This document shows, in pieces, positions 46,128 to 55,420 of a DNA stretch of 64,000 bases. How positions within the stretch are numbered: the first letter of the stretch is position 1; each line of letters opens with the position of its first letter. The stretch covers positions 1 to 64,000 of the IMG/VR virus record IMGVR_UViG_3300044608_001826. The stretch is one strand, 5' to 3'. The notes beneath the pieces were generated by a model that was given only the letters and a program-made list of their open reading frames with translations, had not been told where the DNA came from and ran no database searches. This stretch comes from a virus. The position numbers and the translations under genes were made by a program.

Positions 46128-46289
46128 ATGTCCAAATCTACTGAAACCAAAAAGCAAGCCGCCAAAGCTCTGATCGAGCTCGTGGTAGCTGCATCAAGCA
46201 CCACCACTTTTGAAGATTGCTTCGATTTTATGGACCGTCGCATCGAGCAAGCCGCTGCCGAAGTGATGGAGGCGATTTTCGATGACTGA
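46128..46289 (+). CDS. small hypothetical protein (not in ORF track)
   Basis: MSKSTETKKQAAKALIELV...EAIFDD*; ends in a GATGACTGA junction. Confidence 0.55.
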   Translation: MSKSTETKKQAAKALIELVVAASSTTTFEDCFDFMDRRIEQAAAEVMEAIFDD

Positions 46290-46327
46290 TCTAGAGATCA
46301 TCGAACTTAACACTAAGGAAACAACTC

Positions 46328-46543
46328 ATGAGGCTCCTTAGTCAAAACGTCGACTGGAAGGATTACCCCGAGTCTTTCTGGGACCACGGTGCTCAGTATG
46401 TAATCAGCCAAGGGTACGATGTTGATCTTGACGTCGACTCCTTAATGATCTTGCTGTGGCGCATGGATCAGCGAATAACCCAGTTGGAGACAGCGATTAG
46501 CGCGTGTAATTGCGACAAAACCTCTACATCTGCAGACAAATGA
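46328..46543 (+). CDS. hypothetical protein
   Basis: Coupled ORF in the array. Confidence 0.55.
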   Translation: MRLLSQNVDWKDYPESFWDHGAQYVISQGYDVDLDVDSLMILLWRMDQRITQLETAISACNCDKTSTSADK

Positions 46544-46827
46544 CGTGTAATTGTGACACCGCCCGCAGCCTGATAAACCGCCTGGCGGATTCCCTTCAGG
46601 AGTTCATCGACTACGAACCCGTGGGGTACGTCGAGTTCGAACAGGATTTGATCGACGAAGCCCGTGAGTTTGTTAAAGGTACAGAACCTCCTGAGCAAAT
46701 AAGCGAGGAGGAAAATGAGAGACGATTTAAAGCGTGTATGGAGCAGATACGCAGTCTCACCCGCGAAAATTTTGTAGAACTGATGGGTGAGGAATTTCTT
46801 GAGGAGTTTCGGCGTGTTTCCCATTAA
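46540..46827 (+). CDS. hypothetical protein
   Basis: ATGA overlap; R.LI.RLAD.L...LIDEAR. Confidence 0.55.
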   Translation: MTCNCDTARSLINRLADSLQEFIDYEPVGYVEFEQDLIDEAREFVKGTEPPEQISEEENERRFKACMEQIRSLTRENFVELMGEEFLEEFRRVSH

Positions 46828-46865
46828 TTTATAGATACTCAGTAAGCCTGATTACTCTTTTTCTC

Positions 46866-47099
46866 ATGGAACCCAGCAAAAAAGTTTTTCTGGTCACTCT
46901 CCAATATCGTGCTTATGTTTTGGCCGAGGATGACTACGACGCTGAGGATCTGGCTCACTCTATTGCCAAGGAAGAGCGCCCCGTGGTTGAAGTCGAAGAA
47001 GTTCGATCAAACGTTCTGTCGTGGCCGCTGCACGCTTGCGTCTACCACGCGGAACAACTGGATCGCGACATTACAGTTCACGATATTTTTCCCGCGTAG
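46866..47099 (+). CDS. hypothetical protein
   Basis: YVLAEDDYDAE motif. Confidence 0.6.
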   Translation: MEPSKKVFLVTLQYRAYVLAEDDYDAEDLAHSIAKEERPVVEVEEVRSNVLSWPLHACVYHAEQLDRDITVHDIFPA

Positions 47100-47121
47100 T
47101 AGTCACGACCACTAATCACCC

Positions 47122-47481
47122 ATGACACAACAACATTCCATCACCCCACCGCCGGAGCTAGTGCAGCAGTGGCTGGAAGAGCTGTACGGCGGCCCAGTTT
47201 CTGTGATTAGCCCATTTGATCAGCGCGTCCTTATAGCTGCCGCCCAATGGGGTGCAGACCGCCAACTTGAAGCAGACGCGCAGTGGTTAGACCAAAATTC
47301 CTTGGATGCGCCACATTTGACAATCACTCCGACTGGTAAGGGTTTGGTAGAAGCAATGCGCTCCAAGGCGCCGAGCTTGAAGGAGCAGGCGCTAGATCTT
47401 CTGGATAAAGCAGAGGATCCTTCTTGGGACATCAATGATTTTTCCATCATCCGCCGCGCATTGGAGCAACTCGATGACTGA
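47122..47481 (+). CDS. array family A mini-protein
   Basis: TPPPELVQQW, AAAQWGAD.QLEA, PSLKEQAL, IRRALEQLDD. Confidence 0.8.
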   Translation: MTQQHSITPPPELVQQWLEELYGGPVSVISPFDQRVLIAAAQWGADRQLEADAQWLDQNSLDAPHLTITPTGKGLVEAMRSKAPSLKEQALDLLDKAEDPSWDINDFSIIRRALEQLDD

Positions 47482-47989
47482 CTACAAAGCAACCCCCGAG
47501 CAGTGGGCACAGTGTGAAGACTGGGTTAGAAGTTCTGTTGTGGGTGCCAGTGATGCTTGTATCCTTGAACTCCGCGCCAGGGTCGAGACACTGGAAGCTG
47601 CAGCTCACAAGCACATCGTCGAAACCAGCGACAACATCTTGAAATTGGCCAGTCGGATCGAATCACTGGAAGCCGCCGAACGTGAAACATCAAAGGTTTA
47701 CCAAATTAGTAAACCGTTAAAACTCACTTCAAAACAACAAGATCAGTTAAACGCATTGCTGCGGCCCAACTCCAGCTCCACCCCTAATTCTTCCCAAATT
47801 GGTAGGTCACTGGTGAAGCGTGTGGCACTCGCCATTAGCGGGATTGAGTATGGCTTGGAAACAAATGAAGAAGCTGTCAACTGGTCACCTGAAGCTCGCG
47901 CCGCGATTCGTGAGGTGGCAATGTGGATGCGTGAAAACGAAGTCGGCTATACAGCCGCTTGCTGGCTGGAACAAGAGGTAAACCTATGA
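47474..47989 (+). CDS. array family C protein
   Basis: MTDYKATPEQW, CILELRARVE.LEAA, SLVKRVA.AI, EARAAIREVA.W. Confidence 0.75.
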   Translation: MTDYKATPEQWAQCEDWVRSSVVGASDACILELRARVETLEAAAHKHIVETSDNILKLASRIESLEAAERETSKVYQISKPLKLTSKQQDQLNALLRPNSSSTPNSSQIGRSLVKRVALAISGIEYGLETNEEAVNWSPEARAAIREVAMWMRENEVGYTAACWLEQEVNL

Positions 47990-48168
47990 CTGACTACAAG
48001 TTTGTGCCACTGGACACGCTGGAGAATCGCCTTGGCGATGCTTTGGGCTTGGCAATCAGCATAATCCGCAAGCCTGAGACTATCGACAACAAAACCATGG
48101 CTCAGATCGAAGCACCGTTCAAGGAGTGGTGCGACGGTCTTGTTGATGGAGGACTGCTTGATGACTGA
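47986..48168 (+). CDS. array mini-protein (MTDYK start)
   Basis: Same atgactgactacaa start as 47474; ends LDD in a GATGACTGA junction. Confidence 0.65.
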   Translation: MTDYKFVPLDTLENRLGDALGLAISIIRKPETIDNKTMAQIEAPFKEWCDGLVDGGLLDD

Positions 48169-48362
48169 CTTCTGACTCATTGGTAAAAGCATTAAAAAGC
48201 GGCAGGATGTCACCCCCACCGCCCTTGCAACTGGATCTCACCCCAGTCGCTTTGCTGCTTTCTGATCAGCTCCAGCACTGTAGCACACGGCAGGTATTAG
48301 CATGTATTACCTGAAAACAGGAATCAGCTAATACTTGCCCCTCACGACCCGCCTCAACTTTT

Positions 48363-48611
48363 ATGTCTGAACTCTCCCCCGTCGCGCAGGCGGTGTTGGA
48401 TGCTCTCTACATGGAAGAGCTGAATGGACCGCAGCAACTTATGGCACGCGCCCATGCCGCCGCCGCCCTGCGAGCTGCTGCGGATCAGGTGGTGCCGCCC
48501 GCCCTTGAAGAAGAATGGCGCGACAGGAATCAAGCATTACCGCTGACAAAGATGGTTGAGATCCGTCTAAAACTCCTCGCCATCGCCGCCGAGCTGGAAG
48601 GTGGGCAATGA
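48363..48611 (+). CDS. array family B mini-protein
   Basis: ELSPVAQAVL, AAALRAAADQVVP, LLAIAAELE. Confidence 0.8.
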   Translation: MSELSPVAQAVLDALYMEELNGPQQLMARAHAAAALRAAADQVVPPALEEEWRDRNQALPLTKMVEIRLKLLAIAAELEGGQ

Positions 48612-48799
48612 AACTCGAACACAAGCGAGCCCTCCGCTGCTTCATCCTTGAGAAACTCGAAGAGGTGACCTGTGTGGACCTTGCATACGTAGCCTCAGAT
48701 GCTAACTGCACCCCGTTTGAAATGGCTGAGCAGTTCGACATTGAGTTCGAACGAATCGCGAAACTATTCAACTACCCAAACTACTCCGACGACGAATGA
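48608..48799 (+). CDS. array mini-protein
   Basis: ATGA overlaps at both ends. Confidence 0.6.
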   Translation: MKLEHKRALRCFILEKLEEVTCVDLAYVASDANCTPFEMAEQFDIEFERIAKLFNYPNYSDDE

Positions 48800-49122
48800 C
48801 TGAGAACCACCCGATCACACCGCCGCCAGACAAAATCCACAACTGGCTCCAGTCAGAAAAGATTGGCTGCACCATCGAGCAAATTATTACTGCGGCTGCC
48901 CAATGGGGTGCCGACCAGGAGCTTTTGGCTTGTGGCAACTACCTCAAACAGTGCGCTGCATGGGAAGAAGAGGATGTAACCGAGTTCTATAACTATCGCC
49001 GCCCCAAGCCGCCGAGCTTGAAGGAGCAGGCGTTAAAGGCGTTACAAGCACTGCAACAGCGGACAACAGACCCCAACATCGTCGAACCACTTCGCCGCGC
49101 ACTGGAGCAGCTCGATGACTGA
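48796..49122 (+). CDS. array family A mini-protein
   Basis: HPITPPP, AAAQWGADQEL.AC, RRPKPPSLKEQAL, RRALEQLDD. Confidence 0.8.
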   Translation: MTENHPITPPPDKIHNWLQSEKIGCTIEQIITAAAQWGADQELLACGNYLKQCAAWEEEDVTEFYNYRRPKPPSLKEQALKALQALQQRTTDPNIVEPLRRALEQLDD

Positions 49123-49312
49123 ACTCTCTCCCGCCGCGCAGGCTGTACTGACCGCTTTTAGCAAGTACCCCTTGCACGGCGATCACATAGCCAACACCCT
49201 GATGCACGGGGCTCTTCCCGCTGCTTTGCGAGCTGCTGCAGATCAACTTGATCACCCCACTTCAGCTCACACGCTCTACGCTTTTGCTGACGAGCTCGAA
49301 GCCCAACAGTGA
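49115..49312 (+). CDS. array family B mini-protein
   Basis: ELSPAAQAVL, AALRAAADQ, ADELEAQ. Confidence 0.8.
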   Translation: MTELSPAAQAVLTAFSKYPLHGDHIANTLMHGALPAALRAAADQLDHPTSAHTLYAFADELEAQQ

Positions 49313-49473
49313 ATCCCATAAAAGTCCTTAGTCATCCCACCGATGACGAGTTGCGTCAATTTGCCTCAGAGTATTTCCACGTTTCACCGTGGATGCGGAT
49401 CCACCCTGGTATTATTCCTTTTGCCCGCGCTGTCCTTGAGCGCTGGTATCCCACATCAACATCAGACTAATTA

Positions 49474-49650
49474 ATGGCGGACATTTCAAAATGCGCTAAT
49501 TACGCTAACTGTTCTCTACATGAGTCCTGTTACCGCTTTACAGCGGCTGAATCTCGATGGCAAAGTTATATGTGGCCCCTAGAGACAGGTCCAAAGTGCG
49601 ATTATTATTGGCCTACTGAGGAGAAAGTGTCAGAAAGTGACAAAAAATAA
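49474..49650 (+). CDS. small Cys-rich phage protein (not in ORF track)
   Basis: MADISKC.....C.L.ESCYRFTA....WQSY...C.YYW. Confidence 0.6.
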   Translation: MADISKCANYANCSLHESCYRFTAAESRWQSYMWPLETGPKCDYYWPTEEKVSESDKK

Positions 49651-49820
49651 TGATCAACGTATTAAACCGTATCTTTTTGTATCTTTTCAACGTAAAGACA
49701 CAAAGCAGTACGGATCGCAGGTTTTTAGCCAGTGGGCTAAAGGATTGGAATTTGCCCGTTGGGTAGCAGACTCACCTGAACACGACCTTCTTTCTTTAAG
49801 ACAGACCTCAAACTCAACCA

Positions 49821-50174
49821 ATGTTTCACAAAAATCCTAGATATTTAAGCGAGTGCCCTAAATGCAAAACAAAAACTTGTGAGACAATCGAATCGAGAAA
49901 AGAGTCGTTAGGTCAACGACGACGTAAAGAGTGCACAACCTGTGGACACAGACTGACTACTTACGAAGTTAGCGAGGAGTTTTTTAAAGAATCTCAAAAA
50001 CTAAAGTCAAATTTGGGGAAAATTAGAAGTTTATTAGAGGTTGATTCAACCCCAATAACTGGTGACACTTGTGAACAATGTGAGCATATGGATGATGGTA
50101 TTTGTTCCTTTAGTTTTCCTGACGCAGGAGGATACTTTGCCTCAGAATGCAACCTCTTTTCTAAAGTGAAGTAA
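49821..50174 (+). CDS. NrdR-type zinc-ribbon protein
   Basis: CPKC......ESR......RRRKEC..CG.R.TTYE plus a second C-terminal Cys cluster; no ATP cone. Confidence 0.75.
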   Translation: MFHKNPRYLSECPKCKTKTCETIESRKESLGQRRRKECTTCGHRLTTYEVSEEFFKESQKLKSNLGKIRSLLEVDSTPITGDTCEQCEHMDDGICSFSFPDAGGYFASECNLFSKVK

Positions 50175-50760
50175 GAGCTATTGGGGTTGCCCCTTATGCC
50201 CTTGTTAGGTGCGATCCCGATTTCGGAAGATCCCTTAGGCTATTTTGTATTATTTATAATCTTAAGCTCGCCCTTAATCGGGTTGCTTGTCGTCGTCGCA
50301 CAAGACTACGAGGAAAACCACCGTGGCAAGTGAACTTCTGCAAAGGTGTGTTCTACACTACGGCACAACCAAGGGCACCGCGTATCATAAGATGTCTTCG
50401 GTTCTCCTCTATCTAGCGGAACAGCTTGAGGAGGATGCCATCTCTTTTAACCGCAATGGCCAGCCTCATAAGATTTTGGATGGAACGAGTTTTAGGAATC
50501 GACTTCTAGAAGCAGCTACGTACGCCCACGTCGCACCAGTGACGAATCACGCCAGCGACGATAAACAAGTTTGTGACTAAGTAGCTAGCCAAGATTAAAG
50601 TTCGAATGTAAGCCACTTTGTCAGCCTCCTTGTCGTGGGGAGAAGCCTTCTCTCCGAGTGCTTTAGCCCACAAGCGGAAAGCCCTTTGCCTATTTCTGTA
50701 CATTTAACTTTCTAGAAATCCTTGCAGGTTTCTTTGTGTCACTATAGTATAAGTTTTTCG

Positions 50761-51210
50761 ATGAACATGGTCTGGGATCACCGCTTTTTAGATCTCGCAA
50801 AACACATCTCAAGCTGGAGTAAGGACCCCTCTACGCAAGTAGGTGCTGTCTGTGTGCGGGATCGGCGCATCCTGGCGACGGGTTACAACGGGTTCCCACG
50901 CGGCGTGGCAGATCTACCAGGGCGCCTAACGAACCGCGACGAAAAGCTCCTGCGCACAGTCCATGCTGAGATGAATATCGTTGCGCAGGCTGCTCGAAAC
51001 GGGATCAGCTTGGATAAATCGACTGTTTACGTTTGGCCTTTTATGCCTTGCAGCTCTTGCTGCACGTCGTTAATCCAAGCGGGCGTCAAGCGCGTCGTGG
51101 CTCCAGATTTTCCAATCCCTGACCGATGGCAGGCGAGTTTCACCACGGCTCAGACCATGTTCGTTGAGGCGGGCGTTGAGCTCACTCTTTTAGATACTTC
51201 TCATTCGTAG
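50761..51210 (+). CDS. dCMP deaminase
   Basis: SKDPSTQVGA, TGYNGFPRG, HAE.N, PCSSC. Confidence 0.93.
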   Translation: MNMVWDHRFLDLAKHISSWSKDPSTQVGAVCVRDRRILATGYNGFPRGVADLPGRLTNRDEKLLRTVHAEMNIVAQAARNGISLDKSTVYVWPFMPCSSCCTSLIQAGVKRVVAPDFPIPDRWQASFTTAQTMFVEAGVELTLLDTSHS

Positions 51211-51913
51211 CTACGAACATGTTTGCGAACGGACGGAGCTCCGCGATCTGGTAATTTAAGTTAGTTAAATGTTTGAAAAGGCGATTCTTTTCTTCTCTGA
51301 ACCACTCATCTTCGTTTGCTTCGAAAATAATGGGCGGGAAGTTGCTTCGTTCGAGTGTGTTGTGGGCGCCGTGAAGTGCTTTTAGTTCGTTACCTTCGAT
51401 ATCCATTTTTATGAGTCCTACATTGTTTAAGTGGTAGCGGTCAATCGTTGTTGTTTTGACTTTTTCGTGAGCTAAAACTTGTTGATCTCTTTGAGGAACT
51501 CGTAAAGTCGATCCTCCACCGTCTTCCGAGACCACGTGGAGGGTCATTGTTTGGTTCGCTTCGACCATATTCGTCACCGCTTTGTTGTGCGGCACGATAT
51601 TTTTGATTTCGTTTATAAAAATATTTCCACAAAGCTGGTAAAACGTACGACGCTGGGCTTCAAAAGCATGAATTTCTTCAAAATAAGGCGCTAACAGCGT
51701 GGAGTACGCCCCCATGTGAGCGCCGCAATCGATCATTTTTTTGGTTTTATCGCCAAATCGCTCGATTGCCCATTTAATAATGGGCTCTTCGGGGATGCCA
51801 ACCTGGAACATTTGGCACCTTCCGGACGCGTCATCGTGCATCAGGAAGGATTCGGACGGAACAGGAACGATTGTGCGTGACTGAGGTCCCCAGAGAAACG
51901 TTCCCATGTCCAA
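51182..51913 (-). CDS. FkbM-family methyltransferase
   Basis: IDCGAHMG.YS, AFEA, IKMDIEG.E..AL.GA, P.I.FE. Confidence 0.9.
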   Translation of the reverse strand: MDMGTFLWGPQSRTIVPVPSESFLMHDDASGRCQMFQVGIPEEPIIKWAIERFGDKTKKMIDCGAHMGAYSTLLAPYFEEIHAFEAQRRTFYQLCGNIFINEIKNIVPHNKAVTNMVEANQTMTLHVVSEDGGGSTLRVPQRDQQVLAHEKVKTTTIDRYHLNNVGLIKMDIEGNELKALHGAHNTLERSNFPPIIFEANEDEWFREEKNRLFKHLTNLNYQIAELRPFANMFVATNEKYLKE

Positions 51914-51950
51914 ATTTTGAGTGCTACTATGCTACCAGCTTTTGTCGGTT

Positions 51951-52718
51951 ATGAGTATTCCCGTTATTGGTACTGCATGTGTTAACGCTCCTTATTGGGT
52001 TTATCGTCTTCTATATAGTATTGACTACCCTGTTGACAACTTTGTAGTTTTTAACAATAACGGTAGGGGTCAAATCACAGAAGAACTGGATCTTTTAACT
52101 AAGCTTCCGCACAAGCACGTCAAGAAAGTTACGGTTTGTCACCTCCCGGCGAACTTGGGGTGCTCAGGAGCGTGGAATTTAATCATTAAAAGCTATATGA
52201 ATTCCCCCTCGTGGTTGATTGTTAATCACGACATCATGTTTACTCCAGGCTTTTTAAGTCAAATGGTTAAGCACGCCGAGGATGCGGAAACAGGTATTGT
52301 CCATGGCGAGAACGGAAGTTGGGATGTTTTTCTGATCAAAGATTGGGTCGTACAACAATTCGGCTTGTTCGATGAGAATCTCTATCCGGCGTATTGCGAG
52401 GACATGGACTACGGGATGCGGTTTAAGCATCGGGAGCTTAAAAGGCATATGTCGGTAGGCGTTCCCTACTACCACGGAGAGAAGAGTGGTAATTACGACG
52501 ACGGAAGCCAGACTTGGCGAAGTGAACCGGAGCTTGCTCATTCGATTCATATTGCTCACGAACTAAACAAACAATACCTGCACGCTAAGTGGAATCCCGC
52601 TTGGCAGTCCCACGTGGAGGGAGAAGTTTACAAACATCCGTTTAACAATTCTAATATCCCCCTTAACTACACAACGTACGATCTTCACTTTGTGAGGATG
52701 AAGAACCTCGGATTTTAA
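51951..52718 (+). CDS. glycosyltransferase family 2-like
   Basis: NLG.SGAWN, NHDI.F, G.FDE..YPAY.ED.DY..R. Confidence 0.8.
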   Translation: MSIPVIGTACVNAPYWVYRLLYSIDYPVDNFVVFNNNGRGQITEELDLLTKLPHKHVKKVTVCHLPANLGCSGAWNLIIKSYMNSPSWLIVNHDIMFTPGFLSQMVKHAEDAETGIVHGENGSWDVFLIKDWVVQQFGLFDENLYPAYCEDMDYGMRFKHRELKRHMSVGVPYYHGEKSGNYDDGSQTWRSEPELAHSIHIAHELNKQYLHAKWNPAWQSHVEGEVYKHPFNNSNIPLNYTTYDLHFVRMKNLGF

Positions 52719-52801
52719 ATATTTAAATATCTGAGAGTCTATAAGTGTTTCATTTAGCTAAGGCTAAACTGTAAAAATTACCGGTGTGCTCAGACAGGTC
52801 T

Positions 52802-53086
52802 ATGCCCTTCTACTCTTCTTACACTTCCTGTCGTCGGCTTGTTAATAAGCTGAAGCACATTCTGGACGCACGTGGGATGTCCTCTTTCATGCTTAGTCGT
52901 GTGACTGAGTTGTCCCCCACGACAACACGGAAGATTTACTACGACTCAGAATATATACCTTCTCCTGATGTTCTTGAGCGTATCTGTATTTCGCTAGATA
53001 TCCAACCGGGCGATATTCTGCAAATTACGCCTAAACTAGAGACATCAGTAGCGGTGTGTTCCGGTGTTTTCTCCCCAGGATTATGA
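52802..53086 (+). CDS. Cro/C1-type HTH regulator
   Basis: LK.IL..RGMS...L...T.LS.TT...VLERIC..L..QPGDIL. Confidence 0.85.
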   Translation: MPFYSSYTSCRRLVNKLKHILDARGMSSFMLSRVTELSPTTTRKIYYDSEYIPSPDVLERICISLDIQPGDILQITPKLETSVAVCSGVFSPGL

Positions 53087-53567
53087 ATTTGCAGCCCGCG
53101 TTCTGGGGTTACCTGTTCCTGTAACTTCTGCAGAGAAAGCTGTTGCTGCTCCTATGGTTGCTTCCGTTCTGCGGAACTTCCACCGGGCTGCTCCTCCCAT
53201 GCCGGGGCATGAAGCTGATGGCATGTATACAAATGCTACACGTTCGCTTAACGCTCAACCTAAGGTTAGCCAACCGGAAGCACGCAATCAGTTAGAGCAT
53301 CGTTTACGCGCTGGCGTGGTATCCGCTGATGATGGTGCTGAGCTTGAGGATCTGCTCGCACTTGTTATTGGTGACGACTATTTAATGAGTGCTTTTATTC
53401 AGTTCTTACAGAATATGGGTATTCAGAGCTTGGAATCCGGTGAGTTCCTTAGTCAACAGCGTCCTCTTGAGTACGATCTTCCTAACTACGGCGGTCAGTA
53501 TTCTGTTCTGAACGCTCCTTCGAACTCTCAAGTTCCTGCCTCTGTTCAGTATCAGGAGCTCGGTTGA
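53064..53567 (+). CDS. hypothetical protein
   Basis: In operon with probable virion proteins. Confidence 0.6.
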   Translation: MFSPQDYEFAARVLGLPVPVTSAEKAVAAPMVASVLRNFHRAAPPMPGHEADGMYTNATRSLNAQPKVSQPEARNQLEHRLRAGVVSADDGAELEDLLALVIGDDYLMSAFIQFLQNMGIQSLESGEFLSQQRPLEYDLPNYGGQYSVLNAPSNSQVPASVQYQELG

Positions 53568-53570
53568 TCC

Positions 53571-53804
53571 ATGATGGAGCGCGAACGCCAACTCCGCGAA
53601 CGTGATGTTCGTAAGGACGCACCGGAGATAGATCCGACGACATTCTTGTCGATGTATCTGGAATCTAATTTTCCTCAGACCGCTACGCATCCTTCCAAGG
53701 ATCAAGCCGAGCGTGGGATAATTCCTAAGGATGAATTAGATGATGTAAGATACAACAAGAAGCCGTTATCCGGCACTTCTTTTGACAACCCGGCTAGAAG
53801 CTAA
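53571..53804 (+). CDS. hypothetical protein
   Basis: Coupled ORF. Confidence 0.55.
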   Translation: MMERERQLRERDVRKDAPEIDPTTFLSMYLESNFPQTATHPSKDQAERGIIPKDELDDVRYNKKPLSGTSFDNPARS

Positions 53805-54631
53805 TGGCGATTAGAGGTGTTGCTGGGGTTAGTAATTTAAGTAAGGTCTACTCTGACCTGTTAAATGCCTTTGGCGGAGACACCGCAAAGGTTAGTGCCG
53901 TTTTAAATAATCCTCAGGTTTTTCAGGGTTTAGTTGACGCGGGCGTTATTACTACGACGGGGCTCGGTGCTGCTGCTACTGCCGCTACCGTTGCTGCTCC
54001 TGTCGCTGCTGCCGCCGCTGCTCCTGCCGTTGCTGCAACTGCTGCTGGTGGAGGGGGGTTACTCGGATCTGCCCTCGGCGGTGGAGCTAAGTTAGCTGGT
54101 GCACTTGGACTTGAGGTTGCTGCAGAGAAGATCGCGGGTGGCCTGCTCGGCGGTACTCAGCCCACCCAGTATCCTACGGGTGTTCCTTCCGGAGCTAGTA
54201 AGTACTTCTTTAGCCCCGAGTTAGGTCTGTCCTACCAGCAGTACTACGAGAGTGTTATTCCACGGGTTCGGGCGTTAAACGCAATCTCTGAACGGTTCGG
54301 TCTTGGACCTATTGCTGAGGAGCCGGTTGACCCCCAATCCTTTGCAACGTTCCAAGCACAACTGAGCGAGAAGCAAGCTGAAAGTCTCTCCAATCGTCGG
54401 ATTCGGGAGATCATGGCTGAGAAGCAATTCGATTATCTGTCGAATGCTCTTCAGGCTCAATCCGCTGTTCGTCAACAGCAGGTTAAATCCCTTGGTGATA
54501 TTCAGCGCCAACGTGTTGAGTCTGGCTACACTGCAGCTCAGGGGATTATGGAATCTGCTCTCCAGAACGTTCTTGCCCGAGAACGTTTTGAGAACAACTC
54601 AGCCATTTCTGAGTTAGCTAAACCAGTCTGA
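53804..54631 (+). CDS. probable internal virion/ejection protein
   Basis: Poly-Ala/Gly hydrophobic stretch followed by Q-rich helices. Confidence 0.6.
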   Translation: MAIRGVAGVSNLSKVYSDLLNAFGGDTAKVSAVLNNPQVFQGLVDAGVITTTGLGAAATAATVAAPVAAAAAAPAVAATAAGGGGLLGSALGGGAKLAGALGLEVAAEKIAGGLLGGTQPTQYPTGVPSGASKYFFSPELGLSYQQYYESVIPRVRALNAISERFGLGPIAEEPVDPQSFATFQAQLSEKQAESLSNRRIREIMAEKQFDYLSNALQAQSAVRQQQVKSLGDIQRQRVESGYTAAQGIMESALQNVLARERFENNSAISELAKPV

Positions 54632-54643
54632 GGAGAAACAAAC

Positions 54644-55417
54644 ATGGCTAACCCTTTATACGAAGCTGGTCGAGCTCTTTATTCCGTTCCGGTTCTTGGG
54701 CAGGTAGCTGCGGCGATTAATCCGCTCGGTGCTATCGCTCACACTGCTGCCACTAACCTTATTCCCGGTTATGCCCCCATCGTGGGCGAAGAGGAAGAGG
54801 TCGGCGGACAGAAAAAATACTACGCTGGAGAGCGTTATGGATATCAAAGCCCTGAGTCTTACAGGAAAATCTTTGGTGCGTTCCCTAAGTCCGTCCGGAC
54901 GCAGCTCGAAGATCAGCAACGCGCTCGGGCTGCTGCAGGCGGGGAGTCAAGGAGCAGCCGTGGTGACACAGATTGGGAGCAAACTCCAACTTCTCCTCAA
55001 GACTCTACGCCGCCTCCTCCCCCTGTCTTGCCTGAACCAGCAGGCACCGAAAAAATCCCGCAGAAAGAAGATCAGACGCCGCAGGATATCCTGAGTCGTT
55101 TAGATAAGTACCTGAGCCCTGAGTTTCAGCAACAGCTTCGGGAGCAGGAAACTGAGCAGTTTATTCGGCGGTCTCTGCTGACAAGCGCTCTTGCTTATCG
55201 GCAGACTCTTGCAAACACTCGTCGGCAAGAGGCTTTGGAGAAAATGCGTGTCTGGCGGGATGTCCAAGCCGCTCAGATTGAAGCTAACTCTCGCGCTATG
55301 GGTGCTCTCGCTTCCACAGCGTGGGCAGCTGTAACTCCTAATGCAAATACAATGACCGCATTAGGTCAGCAGTACCAAGCCACTATGGCTCCTTTTCAGA
55401 CTTTTAACCCGAAATAA
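54644..55417 (+). CDS. probable internal virion protein
   Basis: Hydrophobic N-terminus, Pro-rich linker, helical Q/R/A-rich C-terminus. Confidence 0.55.
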   Translation: MANPLYEAGRALYSVPVLGQVAAAINPLGAIAHTAATNLIPGYAPIVGEEEEVGGQKKYYAGERYGYQSPESYRKIFGAFPKSVRTQLEDQQRARAAAGGESRSSRGDTDWEQTPTSPQDSTPPPPPVLPEPAGTEKIPQKEDQTPQDILSRLDKYLSPEFQQQLREQETEQFIRRSLLTSALAYRQTLANTRRQEALEKMRVWRDVQAAQIEANSRAMGALASTAWAAVTPNANTMTALGQQYQATMAPFQTFNPK

Positions 55418-55420
55418 GTC

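Larger units (their letters stand above)
44730..47130 (+). repeat. dispersed 19-bp leader/start repeat CCACTAATCACCCATGACA (3 exact copies)
   Basis: Copies at 44730, 45324 and 47109; each contains the ATG of an array gene. Confidence 0.9.

Noticed and set aside
44730-47130. CRISPR array or integron
   Set aside because: Repeats are hundreds of bases apart, contain start codons and lack attC-like palindromes; no cas or intI gene
44125-49312. Diversity-generating retroelement (TR/VR pairs)
   Set aside because: Differences between repeats are not adenine-specific, and there is no reverse transcriptase in the window
49821-50174. Bona fide NrdR repressor
   Set aside because: Only the zinc ribbon is present; the ATP cone is missing and no nrd genes are in the window
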